Positions 44,901 through 54,834 of a stretch of DNA of 64,000 nt are shown one piece after another. The stretch lies in IMG/VR virus record IMGVR_UViG_3300035042_000139; one strand, given 5' to 3'. The position numbers were made by a program, and so were the translations under genes. Every line of letters begins with the position of its first letter. The first letter of the stretch is position 1. This stretch comes from a virus (lineage: Duplodnaviria; Heunggongvirae; Uroviricota; Caudoviricetes). The notes beneath the pieces were generated by a model. That model made no database searches, had not been told where the DNA came from, and worked only from the letters and a program-made list of their open reading frames with translations.

Positions 44901-46364
44901 GATTAAAGCGTCAACTGCAAGCTCTTTCATTGTCTTCTTTACTGCATAGCGGACTACTATATCTGTTAATCCATCAGGAAGATTTGGTGTTGCGGATAAA
45001 ACTAGGTGTATTTCCTCTCCTGGTTCTTTCCCGTACCATTTAATGTCATTTCCTTCTACATCTTGATGAGGTAATTGAAGCCCGTTCTCGTCAACTAAAT
45101 CTATAACCTCAACTGCATTACCATCTGCATCAAAAAGCTCTCCGTAATTCTCGTCAACAAAATCAAAAAAGGCATTTGGGTCTTCTAAAGATGACCCCAC
45201 ATAAATGTCCTCCGGGCCAGAATACTGGATTAAATAATCCATAGGTGTTAAATCCTCGGTTAAAGTGTAGCTTTCTTCTACCGGATATCCTATTTCCTTA
45301 TCCCAGTAAGCAGACCTGGATTCAAGGTTATTTATTTTATCTGTTAAGCCGTCAACAACTAATGACTTATTTAAAAGATTAAAGTTGATAACTGTTTTTC
45401 TGTCACTTACTACAACAGCATCTTTAAAATAGGTGTAATAACCATCAGCTTCGGCTTTTACTGTGTAAGGCCCTTTAGGTATTCCTTCCCATAAGGCTTT
45501 AAAACTGCTCAGCTCATCTGCATTTATAGTTTCTTCTCTCTCGACGAGAGTAATCGTTGCCGGAATTGATTCTCCTGCGAGGTTAAAAGCTTCAACCTCC
45601 AAGTCTCCAAGGCCTGACTCCAAAGCTTTTAAGGCCGTAGAACCTATATCTACTGAAGTATTTGCTATCACTTCTACATTCGTTATTGTCTCTGTCTCAA
45701 AACCGCTGGCGTTAATTGTAATACTGTGTGTGCCGGCTGTTAGTCCGGGCAGTGTAAAATATCCATCAGGACCTGTAACAATGCTCATTCCGGATTCTAC
45801 CTGAGCGTTTGCTATCCCTACACCGTCTTCTCTTGTTACTCTACCTGTTACATCTCCAACTTCGGGGTCAAGGGCTATGATACCCATATCTGTTACCCCG
45901 CCGTTGGTTATTATTATATTCTTTCTTGATTTTGTATAGTGTCCATCTGCACTTACTTCTACTAAGTATGTATCAGAAGCTACCCCTGTAGCCTTGAAAT
46001 CTCCGTCTTCATCTGAAGTGAAGGTGTAATTATCGAAGTTTCCATAAAGGCTTATTGTAGCTCCTTGAGGGACTGTGCTACCGATTAATGTTCCCGGTCT
46101 TGGCAGGAGATAAATCGTTCCTATTTCTTTAACACTATTTTTTTGAACATTAACTTCTATAGTTTTTGTTTCATAGTCTGGATGGTAAATCATTACTTTC
46201 TGCAGCCCAACCTCAGCTTCAACTATGAACTCTCCTGTAGTTCCAGTGATGGTGGAGTTTCCAGTAACTACAATAGTTACATTATCTACTGGGTCTTCAG
46301 CTGTCTTTACTTTGATAAACCCGTGTATTTTACCGGGCTTTGGGTCTAAAAATATCTGGCCCAT
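41904..46364 (-). CDS. Very large (1486 aa) tail fiber / baseplate protein with CarboxypepD_reg-like Ig domains, a repeat-rich coiled-coil region and a C-terminal LamG-like module.
   Basis: Several N-terminal 'GxVxD..G.P...A.V........TD..G.F.L..L.AG.Y' beta-sandwich repeats. Periodic 'TNEGNI..N...I' repeats around 44470-44790. C-terminal 'FHFDKHLTSTKGVHPAGDF...IDEVLISNKAEDDMKIKRWAKMNRPFND'. Confidence 0.55.
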   Translation of the reverse strand: MGQIFLDPKPGKIHGFIKVKTAEDPVDNVTIVVTGNSTITGTTGEFIVEAEVGLQKVMIYHPDYETKTIEVNVQKNSVKEIGTIYLLPRPGTLIGSTVPQGATISLYGNFDNYTFTSDEDGDFKATGVASDTYLVEVSADGHYTKSRKNIIITNGGVTDMGIIALDPEVGDVTGRVTREDGVGIANAQVESGMSIVTGPDGYFTLPGLTAGTHSITINASGFETETITNVEVIANTSVDIGSTALKALESGLGDLEVEAFNLAGESIPATITLVEREETINADELSSFKALWEGIPKGPYTVKAEADGYYTYFKDAVVVSDRKTVINFNLLNKSLVVDGLTDKINNLESRSAYWDKEIGYPVEESYTLTEDLTPMDYLIQYSGPEDIYVGSSLEDPNAFFDFVDENYGELFDADGNAVEVIDLVDENGLQLPHQDVEGNDIKWYGKEPGEEIHLVLSATPNLPDGLTDIVVRYAVKKTMKELAVDALIKRGVTAKEVDVSVVDTISQLKGEGFKWNEPIPEDSTILGLETRVSGNEGSISTNQTSISQNETDIGLHAERLTTNEGNISANEAAITVNAENITSAVNRLDTNEGNIELNQTEISQNADSIKSTVRHINIDEGSYLRFRGVESWIDFNTLASVHGNNVLSIKLRVNFTDFEGHQALFVGGDNVSGLEVSLYNNNLDFTVVENEVKKSTDYGLENLSKDRWYEIEAIADGPAGKLFLKIDGEVVKSKITDSFNLSYLSDGFAFGTTKLKSPASGIISAEYSNFFNGYLDEIQLWNSYQTTGLMDDIEGNEVGLLSGYKIDEGSGLIVNDIKEVQNGIIKKCEWYGIESTTSQVRQLSNEFTVKVREHANGKEVISGFGLASEDGESEFSVMADRFFVFGDTEDGAEVGRPIFAVDSTTGNIYIEANLIANGSVTGDKLAAASIITSAAQIEEAMINTAHIDYLDIEKLDVRGRLSADHIVIGTDTQYEEGYNPKIINDKLTDDMNDLNKSFSSLGNQLSQFVDDLKLTRIEAETLRGSKERVKSEWSSLNTVASSIISTSTYNITSLADKRLAAENAINELELELNSWIGLDSYPVDITVSDKDNIEIKFDNVMSTKAELLNEITKFRQDAAIAWSQAEINSLETEIQNQIDRFSMDSVITKAEANTLQTTLESLKTESVDLVQIAEEKNIVTIKESYEQALIDLEVKLSEWIGLDSDLYPLDITTTNATRTEVRALFDDLESKRVILYNSITDAKQEEAILYSEADIVSDPEINIFHFDKHLTSTKGVHPAGDFTVSIETGLFKNGAGIHSVDEGVLFYNTADLNLNTNSGTISMAFKIPSDVDFKGSSGYKRLFSIGEFATEGQFIAYYNLSDNTFRFRIHDGTTAQEVTANHVYQPGFKRFTFKWSPDEMAIFIGSEKFIKNSFNLPEFFASDIIYFGSKNKNEEHINSVIDEVLISNKAEDDMKIKRWAKMNRPFNDTEDYISVPIADVVNINWL

Positions 46365-46377
46365 TTACTCCACCTCC

Positions 46378-47802
46378 TTAAACTTCTTGTACTATGAGTT
46401 CTAGTTCTGTTGTTCTGTTTGCATTAACATCTACGTTATACCAGGCTGCTATATAATCAGCATGTGAAACCTTCATCGTGTAATTGCCGGGCCTTACGTT
46501 AATCATTGTAAATCCACCGGAAGATTCTGTGACTGCTGTTCTGTTTTCTGCATCATCTACAAATAATTCCACATTGGCATTTAATATCGGGCTGTTATCA
46601 TAGGAACTTTTTACTATACCTATAATCTGTCCAAATAAATCAATGTCTACTGTCATACCCTTTAAAACGGGAGTTGCTATTCCATCTGTCTTATTTATCG
46701 TTACTTTAATCCAGAATTTCTGGTTATAATTTGTCGAGATATTTGTGCCTATATTGATTGGTACTAATGTGTTTGTCTCTAAGTTTTCTGCAAAGACATC
46801 AATTTGAACTGCTCCCGGGTCCTCTGTGTTTTCAAGTATAGGTGTGATATCCTTAATCATCTTAACTTCTGTTCCCGGGTCAAGTACAGCATAAAAACTG
46901 CTTTCTTTTATGTAATCAATATTATAGACTGCAATATTTTGGATACCCATCATGAACATTTTTGAAGATGAGTCTATATCAATAGCATTTCTCTGCCTGA
47001 TATTTATCCTGATTTTTTCTATTGGCTTTTTCTCAAATGAAAGCATTACATTATTTGAGTTTTCTTTTGTTCTAAAAATATCCTCATCCTGAAAGTTGAA
47101 ATATCCCTCGCTGTTAATTTTTGTGTATTCAACTGATACTATATCAAGTGAAGAGTCTGGATAAGGGTTAATAAAAATTGTGTTCGAATACATGTTGTTA
47201 ATAATACTTTTAGGTAATGTAATCTCTATTGAGGCATTTACACTTGATATCGGTGAGTTGATATCATAAACTACCTTTCTCTTCCACTGAGTTGAGATGT
47301 CCTGGTCGAAAGCGTACTTGATGTCGTTTTCTTTAACAATAGCATCTGTGTATTCTTTTGGCGTAACTCCAACTCTTAAGTCCTCAGGTAAAAATACCTC
47401 ATCATCCATCTTATTGTAGAGGAAGGTTTTGCTGTTTTGGAAAACAGGCTTAAGCGTTGCCACATTATAGTCGTTATTGATATAAGCTCTTTTTGTTTCT
47501 TCTATTGGCTCTGTATCTATTTCTTCACCGTAGGATAATATTTCAGAGCGGTAAAAATCTATGTATTCTTTATCCACATCCATATTATTAATCTGGTTTT
47601 CTAGAAAAGAAATCCTATTTGCAAGCTGCTGATTGTTAACCTGGAGAGTTTCTATTATCTGGTCAAGTTTATTATCTTCTGTTGCAAATGTTTGGAATAA
47701 TCCCGTAAGGTCGGTACCGAGCTCTTTATTCATCTTATTGAAGTCTTCTGAATCTAAAACATTATTAAACTTCACATTCCTCGGTTTAAATATAGAATCC
47801 AT
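46378..47802 (-). CDS. Virion structural protein (baseplate/fiber-associated) with a C-terminal CarboxypepD_reg-like domain.
   Basis: N-terminal helix 'LQVNNQQLANRISFLENQINNM' resembles that of 50461... C-terminal 'SGGFTMINVRPGNYTMKVSHADYIAAWYNVDVNA' is an Ig-like beta-sandwich. Confidence 0.45.
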   Translation of the reverse strand: MDSIFKPRNVKFNNVLDSEDFNKMNKELGTDLTGLFQTFATEDNKLDQIIETLQVNNQQLANRISFLENQINNMDVDKEYIDFYRSEILSYGEEIDTEPIEETKRAYINNDYNVATLKPVFQNSKTFLYNKMDDEVFLPEDLRVGVTPKEYTDAIVKENDIKYAFDQDISTQWKRKVVYDINSPISSVNASIEITLPKSIINNMYSNTIFINPYPDSSLDIVSVEYTKINSEGYFNFQDEDIFRTKENSNNVMLSFEKKPIEKIRINIRQRNAIDIDSSSKMFMMGIQNIAVYNIDYIKESSFYAVLDPGTEVKMIKDITPILENTEDPGAVQIDVFAENLETNTLVPINIGTNISTNYNQKFWIKVTINKTDGIATPVLKGMTVDIDLFGQIIGIVKSSYDNSPILNANVELFVDDAENRTAVTESSGGFTMINVRPGNYTMKVSHADYIAAWYNVDVNANRTTELELIVQEV

Positions 47803-47806
47803 TTTA

Positions 47807-48073
47807 TCACTCTCCTTTAAATCTGTACTGTTTTATAAAATCAAACTTCTTTTTAAGATAACTGAGTCTTCTTATAAGCTCGGCATTTTCTTTAATTATA
47901 TTTAAAACATCTGTCTCTAAAATTTCAGTATTTTTATTCTTGCCATTTTTTAGGTATTCTAAGTTTATCTTAAGCTCATTTAAGAGCATATTATACTTAA
48001 AAGTTTCTGTTGGCCCATTTTTACGGTTGTTTCTTAAGGTCATTAAGGGCTTGTAATTTTCCATTTTAACCAC
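47807..48073 (-). CDS. Small hypothetical protein within the structural operon.
   Basis: 88 aa with a coiled-coil-like 'LKINLEYLKN...ENAELIRRLSYLKKKFDFIKQY'. Confidence 0.35.
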   Translation of the reverse strand: MVKMENYKPLMTLRNNRKNGPTETFKYNMLLNELKINLEYLKNGKNKNTEILETDVLNIIKENAELIRRLSYLKKKFDFIKQYRFKGE

Positions 48074-48083
48074 TCCTTACTTC

Positions 48084-50447
48084 TTAAAATACAAAGCTGT
48101 ATTTTTGATTTTCTATATTCCAGTAGCCCTCATCCCATACCCACTGGTCCCAGTAAACATTAAGGTGGTTGTTTATATAACTTGAAATTGATAAAAGCCT
48201 TTCTGAGGCAGAGCCGTCAGCCTTTTTAAGTTCATTTAAATAACTATCATCAGAGAGTGAGTTAACATTAACTTCATCTTTATTAAGTGAAAGTTCCCTT
48301 GCTATATGGTTCCTTAATCCTTCTGTGGTTGAATCTCCGGGGTTTATGCCGTAATCCAATATCCTAGCTTTTAATTCTTCATTTGTTTCATTTTTATTTC
48401 TTTCAAGGTCAAAAAGGAGGGCAAACTCATCAAAGACATTCCATATCTTATGCTCTTTTAAGTCCGCCTCCAAGCTGTATGTGATATCATTATATAAATC
48501 GATTAGTTTTAAGTCTCTACCGTAATTGTCGCTGAAATATATTACCTCAGTCTTTAAATTAAAATAGCAGAGTTCATCTTTGGAGTTGTAATACTTTTTC
48601 TCATCGAAAGTTATGGGTATGTATTTACCCTTATACTTTGCCTTAAACTGCTCTGTATTTGCTATTAAAGGAGTATCTTCTCCGTTTTTGAAGTTTTTAG
48701 CCCTTGTCTTAAAAGCTATAGACTTCATTGATGTGTCAGCTGTATCTAAAAAGTAGTTTTTTATCAGCTGGTAGTATTTACTTCCTGCATCTTCCACTTC
48801 TGTAAAAACACCGTGGTTTAAAATTTGCTGAAAGTTTGATTCTTTTTTCCTGACATCCATCCACCTTGGCAGTTTGGTAGCAGCCATCTTGGTTCTTGGT
48901 GAGTATAGGTTATCTGTTGCCATAATTCCATAGGTACTGAAATGTTCTATATATGAGATTGCCTTATTTCTTAATTCATCCACCACGGTAGATAGTTCTT
49001 CTGGTTCTGTGTTATCAAGGTAAGCCAGTTTAAGCCCGCTCTCGCTCTGGTAGGAGTTGAAATTAAAGCTTGAATAGTCAACCTCAAGCATAGCAGGTTT
49101 TAGAAACTGCAGTCCTTCAGGGCCAAACTCGAAGCCTATAATATCATCTGCAAATTTCTCTTCTGAGCTTGCAACTCTTCTAATAGTTATCGTCTCATCG
49201 GCTGTTAAAGCTCCTTCTGGAATGTATAAGCTGACAGGGAAGTATTCTGTGTCTAAACTTATAACTCCTCCAGCTTGGCCTATAATACGGCTTGTACTGG
49301 ATTCTGTTACCTCTTTCTGTACGTATCCACTCTGCTCGCTAGGAAGTAAGTATTCGAGCTTAAAATAATCGATTGAGTTCTGGTAGTTTTTGCTGTTTGA
49401 GATATTTATCTTGAGTTTCAAATACCTACCTTTAAGTTCCTGAAGTTCTTCTTCAAGCTCATTTGAGATTGTAAAATCTTTTTCTGTAGGAACTAAGTTT
49501 ATGCTCCTTGACATATCTGATTCAATTGTCTCTGTGTTATCAGAAGCAAAAACATCTATTGTGATTGAGTTGGAGCCGTCCTCTATTAGTGCAGCTTCAG
49601 GAAAAGTACCGCTTAATGTCAGGCTATCCCAGACTGCAGAGTTTTCTCCTGCATCAAAAATCTTGGACTCGTAAGATGTTGTTTCGTTAAAACCTTCGGC
49701 ATATATCTCTTTAATGTTTAGCTCTTTATCAACAATTGAGTTAGTACCGTTATTTGCCGGCTGTACCAGTCTCATCTTTGATATTTTGTTTGCACCAAAC
49801 TTAGCCCTGTACCAGATACTTTCATAACCAGAACATCTTAATCTACTTTCTAAATAATATACTGCTTCAGTCTCGTCATAATCAAGTCTTAAATCAACAA
49901 AGAAGTCTGCAAGGTTATTTGTTATGATTGATGTTATCTGACCTATTGAACCTACAGCAGAGTCTTCTACAGTAAATTCCGTGGTTGACACTCCATCTGT
50001 GATACTCATCTTTATTTCCGACTGGTTTGTTAAAATAAGCCTGTAGACTGAAGATGCGCTATCTAAAAACTCTATATAGGCATTTTCTTTGTGGTTTGTT
50101 TTTAGTGCTTCCCAGTCAAATTTAACTGAGATATAATCAAGCTCGTGAGCTATATTGTTCTTTTTGAATGTGCTCTCAGCCAGCATAAAGTTATCTTCAG
50201 TTAGTGCTTTTTCTGCGTCTTCTTTTTTTACCTTTAAATTTATTTTATTTCCTTCAATGTCAAAGCTTGAATATTCCTCAAGGATAATACTTTCTGAAAA
50301 ATCTGAGCGTACTGGAAGCTCAAGACTATCATCATTTAAGACCTTGAGTTTGTTTTTTATGGTGTTTGAATCTGTTGCCTCAGCACCGTAAAGCGTACCT
50401 TCAAGCCATTGACTTTTATGGAAAATAGCCATTTCTTTTGAGGCCAT
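48084..50447 (-). CDS. Large virion structural protein (putative baseplate component).
   Basis: 787-aa ORF in the structural operon with tight spacing. Confidence 0.45.
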   Translation of the reverse strand: MASKEMAIFHKSQWLEGTLYGAEATDSNTIKNKLKVLNDDSLELPVRSDFSESIILEEYSSFDIEGNKINLKVKKEDAEKALTEDNFMLAESTFKKNNIAHELDYISVKFDWEALKTNHKENAYIEFLDSASSVYRLILTNQSEIKMSITDGVSTTEFTVEDSAVGSIGQITSIITNNLADFFVDLRLDYDETEAVYYLESRLRCSGYESIWYRAKFGANKISKMRLVQPANNGTNSIVDKELNIKEIYAEGFNETTSYESKIFDAGENSAVWDSLTLSGTFPEAALIEDGSNSITIDVFASDNTETIESDMSRSINLVPTEKDFTISNELEEELQELKGRYLKLKINISNSKNYQNSIDYFKLEYLLPSEQSGYVQKEVTESSTSRIIGQAGGVISLDTEYFPVSLYIPEGALTADETITIRRVASSEEKFADDIIGFEFGPEGLQFLKPAMLEVDYSSFNFNSYQSESGLKLAYLDNTEPEELSTVVDELRNKAISYIEHFSTYGIMATDNLYSPRTKMAATKLPRWMDVRKKESNFQQILNHGVFTEVEDAGSKYYQLIKNYFLDTADTSMKSIAFKTRAKNFKNGEDTPLIANTEQFKAKYKGKYIPITFDEKKYYNSKDELCYFNLKTEVIYFSDNYGRDLKLIDLYNDITYSLEADLKEHKIWNVFDEFALLFDLERNKNETNEELKARILDYGINPGDSTTEGLRNHIARELSLNKDEVNVNSLSDDSYLNELKKADGSASERLLSISSYINNHLNVYWDQWVWDEGYWNIENQKYSFVF

Positions 50448-50460
50448 TATTTATACCTCC

Positions 50461-52899
50461 TTAATATTTTGCGTTTACTTTTATCGAGTCTATTTTGGGT
50501 GTGATATATGTGTTCTCACTTTCCATCTCTGCCATTATTTTTATAGATTTTACCCTGTTTATATTGTATTTATAATTAATTGAATAGTTGTTGTTGATTC
50601 CAGCTTCTGAGTTGTTGAATATGATACTGTTTCCTTCTATAGCAAATACGCTGTCATCTTCGTAATCATAGCCGGACATTAAGGAAGATAATGAAACCTG
50701 CTTTAAACCTTCTCTCTTTGCTCTCCATTTTTCAAAAGAACTTAAATCTATTAAGTCCTCAAAAAAGCTGGCCTTTGTGCTGTCTCCAAGATAAATTACA
50801 ATATCAATCTTATTCCAGCCTCTATCAAGCTGAATATCATAAAGGTATGTGCTTCCGTTTACCTGTCTTTCAAGCTTCATTCCGTTAACATAAAGTGCTT
50901 CATTCTGGTAACATTCACTGTAATCAATGCCGTCTTTTGTTATTGACTTAGGCTCATCTAAATAAAGCCAGGTAGAAAAAAGATAATGGCTGTTATCTGT
51001 AGCATCAAGACTTACATTATCTTTGTATGTCTTGGTAAAGCTTTGACCCATTGGATAGTAAAAATAATTCTTTTTAGTAAAGGTTGGCATCTTTCTTTTA
51101 TTCCATAAGAATAAGCCGACCTGAGAGTCTAGATTTATTTCCTTTTCGTATTTATAAACAGACCATCTGTTAACACCCGCAACAACTTCAGCCTCTTTTT
51201 TGAGAGGTATATACGGAAGATTGTAGCTTTTGAAATCCTTGCCGTGCTTATTTTTATAAAGTGAAAGATTTGCCGTACTGAAATTAGCCTCTCCCTTAAG
51301 CGTATTTTTAAGCTTTAGAGAAGTTTTGTTTTTGGGGTTTTCTCTATTATCAGGACTAATTATGTAAGGGTTGCTGTAGTCTACCTTTCCTGCCTCACTA
51401 CCCTCAACCAGGAAGAATTTGTCTGCTAGAACTTCTGTTTGAGGGGTGTCAGAATCCTTTATTCTTATTCTCTGAGTTCCCTCTACCTCGTTTAAAAATG
51501 TATACTCAAAGTGGTTCCATTCTTGGTTGTCCTCTAAAGATAGAACCTCTATAACCTCTCCATCATGCTCTCTTATGATATTGATTGGTTCCATTGATAT
51601 TTCTCTTTTTAAATAGCCAGACAGTGTGTATTCTCTTCCGGGAATAAGCTCTACATCCTGATACATTCCTTCAGAACTTGAATCTCCACAGTAAGAACCT
51701 CCGTCAGCACCACCTTCATCATAGTAGTTTTCTGCATGCCAGCTCTCAGCTTTGTCAAACTCGGAGTCATTAAAGAAGTTGTTATTCTCCTTTATCTTAA
51801 GGTAGTATCTTATCTCAGAACCCTGTGGTACTATCTCGTCTGCGGTTATTGAAAGTTCTTCCAGTGTGTCCTTATCTTCTCTGTCATTGATTGTCAGTTC
51901 TTTTGTTTCTATTTTTGCTGTAGGCTCATACTCTCTATAATCAATTGATATATTTTTAAGCCCAAATAGGTATTCCTTTTCTGTCAGTTCAATATCGGGA
52001 GAACTTTTAGATAGTATTAATTTTATTTTTTCTGTTTTTATAGGTTCAGGGAAGGAAAACCATGCTTCTTTTTTATTTAAAATTGTCTTTTCTTTGAAGT
52101 CGAATTTGTGCCAGCCTCCATCAAGGAGATAATGAAGCTCTATCTCCATCAAGCCTGATGACTGCGGTGTTAGCTGTATTTCAGATATCTTATATGAATC
52201 AGCAAGCTCAATCTCAAGTTCTAGGCTGACAGAGTTATCTATCTCAAAACCTTTAGGATAAATCACTTTAGTTGCCCAGAAGGTATTTAAATAATCATCA
52301 AGAAGGTTTGATAGAGGACTTACCTCATTTATATATGCCTTCTCAGTTGGAGTTATGTTTGTTATTTTTACTCTGGCGTTTGACAGTGGAACCTTGACAA
52401 CATCCTTATTTGAAATAGGGAGCATCGCTCTTTTCTCATTCAGGTCAATAAATGCGTTAGAATTTTCCATGTCAATGTTTTTAAAGCTCGAAAAGTTTTC
52501 CTCAAATGAATAGTTAAAGTCATTTGATTTACTGCTTTCTGTTGTCAGCTTAGAAATCCTGTTCTGAAGGCTTTTTATTTTGGCCATCAGCTTTATTCTC
52601 TCATCTTCTTTGATTGAAAAATTGTTCAGAATTTCTTTGTGCTGCTCATTAAAAGATTCAAAAAGACAGCTTATATCAAAGTGTATATCATCTAGCAGGC
52701 TGTTGTAGGATTTTATATCTGAGCGCTCTCTTTTTTCTATAGGCTCAAAGTCGGTCATCGGCATCCCAAGCTCGTTTCCCTTAATGATTTTCCCAAATAA
52801 AAACTCAATGGTCTCTTCTGTTGGATTAACACCGGATTTAAGCTGATTTGACATAATAGCCTCAAGTATTCTTCTTGTTTGTATGCTTTTGTTGTCCAT
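50461..52899 (-). CDS. Large virion structural protein (putative baseplate component).
   Basis: 812 aa. N-terminal helix plus beta-sandwich ('W..K..YP') similar to 46378.. and 52899... Confidence 0.45.
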   Translation of the reverse strand: MDNKSIQTRRILEAIMSNQLKSGVNPTEETIEFLFGKIIKGNELGMPMTDFEPIEKRERSDIKSYNSLLDDIHFDISCLFESFNEQHKEILNNFSIKEDERIKLMAKIKSLQNRISKLTTESSKSNDFNYSFEENFSSFKNIDMENSNAFIDLNEKRAMLPISNKDVVKVPLSNARVKITNITPTEKAYINEVSPLSNLLDDYLNTFWATKVIYPKGFEIDNSVSLELEIELADSYKISEIQLTPQSSGLMEIELHYLLDGGWHKFDFKEKTILNKKEAWFSFPEPIKTEKIKLILSKSSPDIELTEKEYLFGLKNISIDYREYEPTAKIETKELTINDREDKDTLEELSITADEIVPQGSEIRYYLKIKENNNFFNDSEFDKAESWHAENYYDEGGADGGSYCGDSSSEGMYQDVELIPGREYTLSGYLKREISMEPINIIREHDGEVIEVLSLEDNQEWNHFEYTFLNEVEGTQRIRIKDSDTPQTEVLADKFFLVEGSEAGKVDYSNPYIISPDNRENPKNKTSLKLKNTLKGEANFSTANLSLYKNKHGKDFKSYNLPYIPLKKEAEVVAGVNRWSVYKYEKEINLDSQVGLFLWNKRKMPTFTKKNYFYYPMGQSFTKTYKDNVSLDATDNSHYLFSTWLYLDEPKSITKDGIDYSECYQNEALYVNGMKLERQVNGSTYLYDIQLDRGWNKIDIVIYLGDSTKASFFEDLIDLSSFEKWRAKREGLKQVSLSSLMSGYDYEDDSVFAIEGNSIIFNNSEAGINNNYSINYKYNINRVKSIKIMAEMESENTYITPKIDSIKVNAKY

Positions 52900-54821
52900 T
52901 AATAATCATCTCCACTTAAATCGATAAGCATGTCTGCTTTGAAATTTTTTAAAATAGGAGTAAAAAACTCGGCATCTTCAATTGTTGTCGGCCTTTTAAA
53001 AACAGCCTTAAATTTAAAGTTGTTATCGGAATCGCTTTTGATATACTTTACGTTCTCATTCTGCATTTCATCAGGTATTTTTGAATTAAGATATATTTCA
53101 TTTGCTATTCCATCTTTGCCGTTACCTATTTCATGCCACTCTTTACCATCATCAAAACTAACAAAGTATTTAATCCAGTTATTTTTATTTTTAATAGATG
53201 TCTCGTTATTTTGGCCGGAGTAAAAAACTTTAGGCAGATGTTCATTTGCACTGATTAAAACCCTTTTTATTCTGCCTGGAATTATATAATTTCTGGAAAC
53301 AACCTGTGATTCCTCAGAATAACCATAAGCGTTTACATTAATATCTCTAATTCCAATAGCCCATCTTTTTCCATCGAAAGCTTCGACTCTGTTTTCTGTC
53401 TTGTCGGAAACTATTGTTTTTTCAACGCTACCCCCAAATATGCTTTTAAAAGCGCCCTCAAGCCAGTTATCGTCGTTTCCTTCAATTAGTTTCTTATCGT
53501 ATTTATTGAGCTCTGTTGGAATTCTATACTTTCTTGTTTCATAAGTTGTATCATCGCTATGGAACCAGCCACCATCTTCTTTTATTTTTATTCTTGTTAT
53601 TCTTAAAACATAGTTGTGACCTATAATGCAGCTATATGGACTGTTCTGCTCAAAGGTAATATAGATATGTTTTGCAGTCCTTGGAGAGAATGTAAATACA
53701 CCTCTGCCTGTAAAATCATCATTGCCTGGAATTAGGTCTTCATCTAAAAACCTGTCGTAGGTTTCTGTATTTTCATTTAACCTATAGTTTATGAACTCAT
53801 TACTGTAGATGCTCTTTGGAGTCTCGTTTATTCTCTTTGATGTTTTTATGCTTTTTATTATGGCCCCTTTTGCACCCTTAAATTCTGGCACATATGGGTT
53901 AACATCAATCCAGTTTATTCTTTGAGCTTTATCTAAAGTTATCTTTAAAGTTAAGCTAAGCCTTCCATTTTTAGGGTTTCTTGCCCATGACACCTCTTTA
54001 TTATCCGATACTTTGTAGCTAAAACCATAGCCCTTAGCCTTCTTTTTGGCCGCATTTGAAACATTAACAAGCTCATACTCAAACCATGTATTTGGGTTGT
54101 CATCTAAGATGTCATACTTATTTATTCTAGGATTTTCTTCTCCATACCAGACAATCTTTTTTTCTCTTTCATTTCTGCTGTACTCTATATCTCTCACACC
54201 ATCAGTTTTAACCTGGTGCAAGTTGCCCACAAAACCTTCAGAGTCACCAACTATCTCAACTTTTGTACCTGAATCTATCAGGTTTATAGAGCGGTCCTTG
54301 TTTAAGGATACAACACCGCTGTGGTTATCTATATCAGCTGTTGTTAGGCTTTTATCTATATTATTTGATGTTTTAAAATCTTCTGTTATGACAAAGGTTC
54401 CACTGTCATTTTTTACCTCTACCTCATTATTGTAGAGGCTTATTTTGTCAACCTGATTTTTTAGCTCAAAAACTTCTTTTTCCAGTTTATTATTTGAGAT
54501 GGCATTATAGTTGAAATTGTTTTTGATATCATTTGTTAAATTTTCAATTTCTCTATAGGAAGAATCTATATCATTACAAATTTCTCTGATGTTTTTATTA
54601 TAATCCTCTACATTGGGTATCCTTTTGGCATACCTTTTTTGAAAAGAAGGTTCTCCTATACCATCTATTGCCTCTTTTATACCAGAGACTATCGAGCTTA
54701 TAATTCCTCCGAAGTCCATATCTTTATTTTCTTCTAAGTTGTCATGTATCTTATTAACCCCATCTTTTAACTGCTTTCTTATTGTCTCAACATTGTGTTT
54801 AAATCTGTATGGGTTTGGCAT
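52899..54821 (-). CDS. Large virion structural protein (putative baseplate component).
   Basis: 640 aa. Start overlaps the stop of the downstream gene by 1 nt. Confidence 0.45.
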   Translation of the reverse strand: MPNPYRFKHNVETIRKQLKDGVNKIHDNLEENKDMDFGGIISSIVSGIKEAIDGIGEPSFQKRYAKRIPNVEDYNKNIREICNDIDSSYREIENLTNDIKNNFNYNAISNNKLEKEVFELKNQVDKISLYNNEVEVKNDSGTFVITEDFKTSNNIDKSLTTADIDNHSGVVSLNKDRSINLIDSGTKVEIVGDSEGFVGNLHQVKTDGVRDIEYSRNEREKKIVWYGEENPRINKYDILDDNPNTWFEYELVNVSNAAKKKAKGYGFSYKVSDNKEVSWARNPKNGRLSLTLKITLDKAQRINWIDVNPYVPEFKGAKGAIIKSIKTSKRINETPKSIYSNEFINYRLNENTETYDRFLDEDLIPGNDDFTGRGVFTFSPRTAKHIYITFEQNSPYSCIIGHNYVLRITRIKIKEDGGWFHSDDTTYETRKYRIPTELNKYDKKLIEGNDDNWLEGAFKSIFGGSVEKTIVSDKTENRVEAFDGKRWAIGIRDINVNAYGYSEESQVVSRNYIIPGRIKRVLISANEHLPKVFYSGQNNETSIKNKNNWIKYFVSFDDGKEWHEIGNGKDGIANEIYLNSKIPDEMQNENVKYIKSDSDNNFKFKAVFKRPTTIEDAEFFTPILKNFKADMLIDLSGDDY

Positions 54822-54834
54822 AAAAGCCTCCTTT

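Noticed and set aside
47633-47905. + strand ORF spanning the 46378..47802 and 47807..48073 gene junction.
   Set aside because: Antisense to two tightly packed - strand genes. No RBS.
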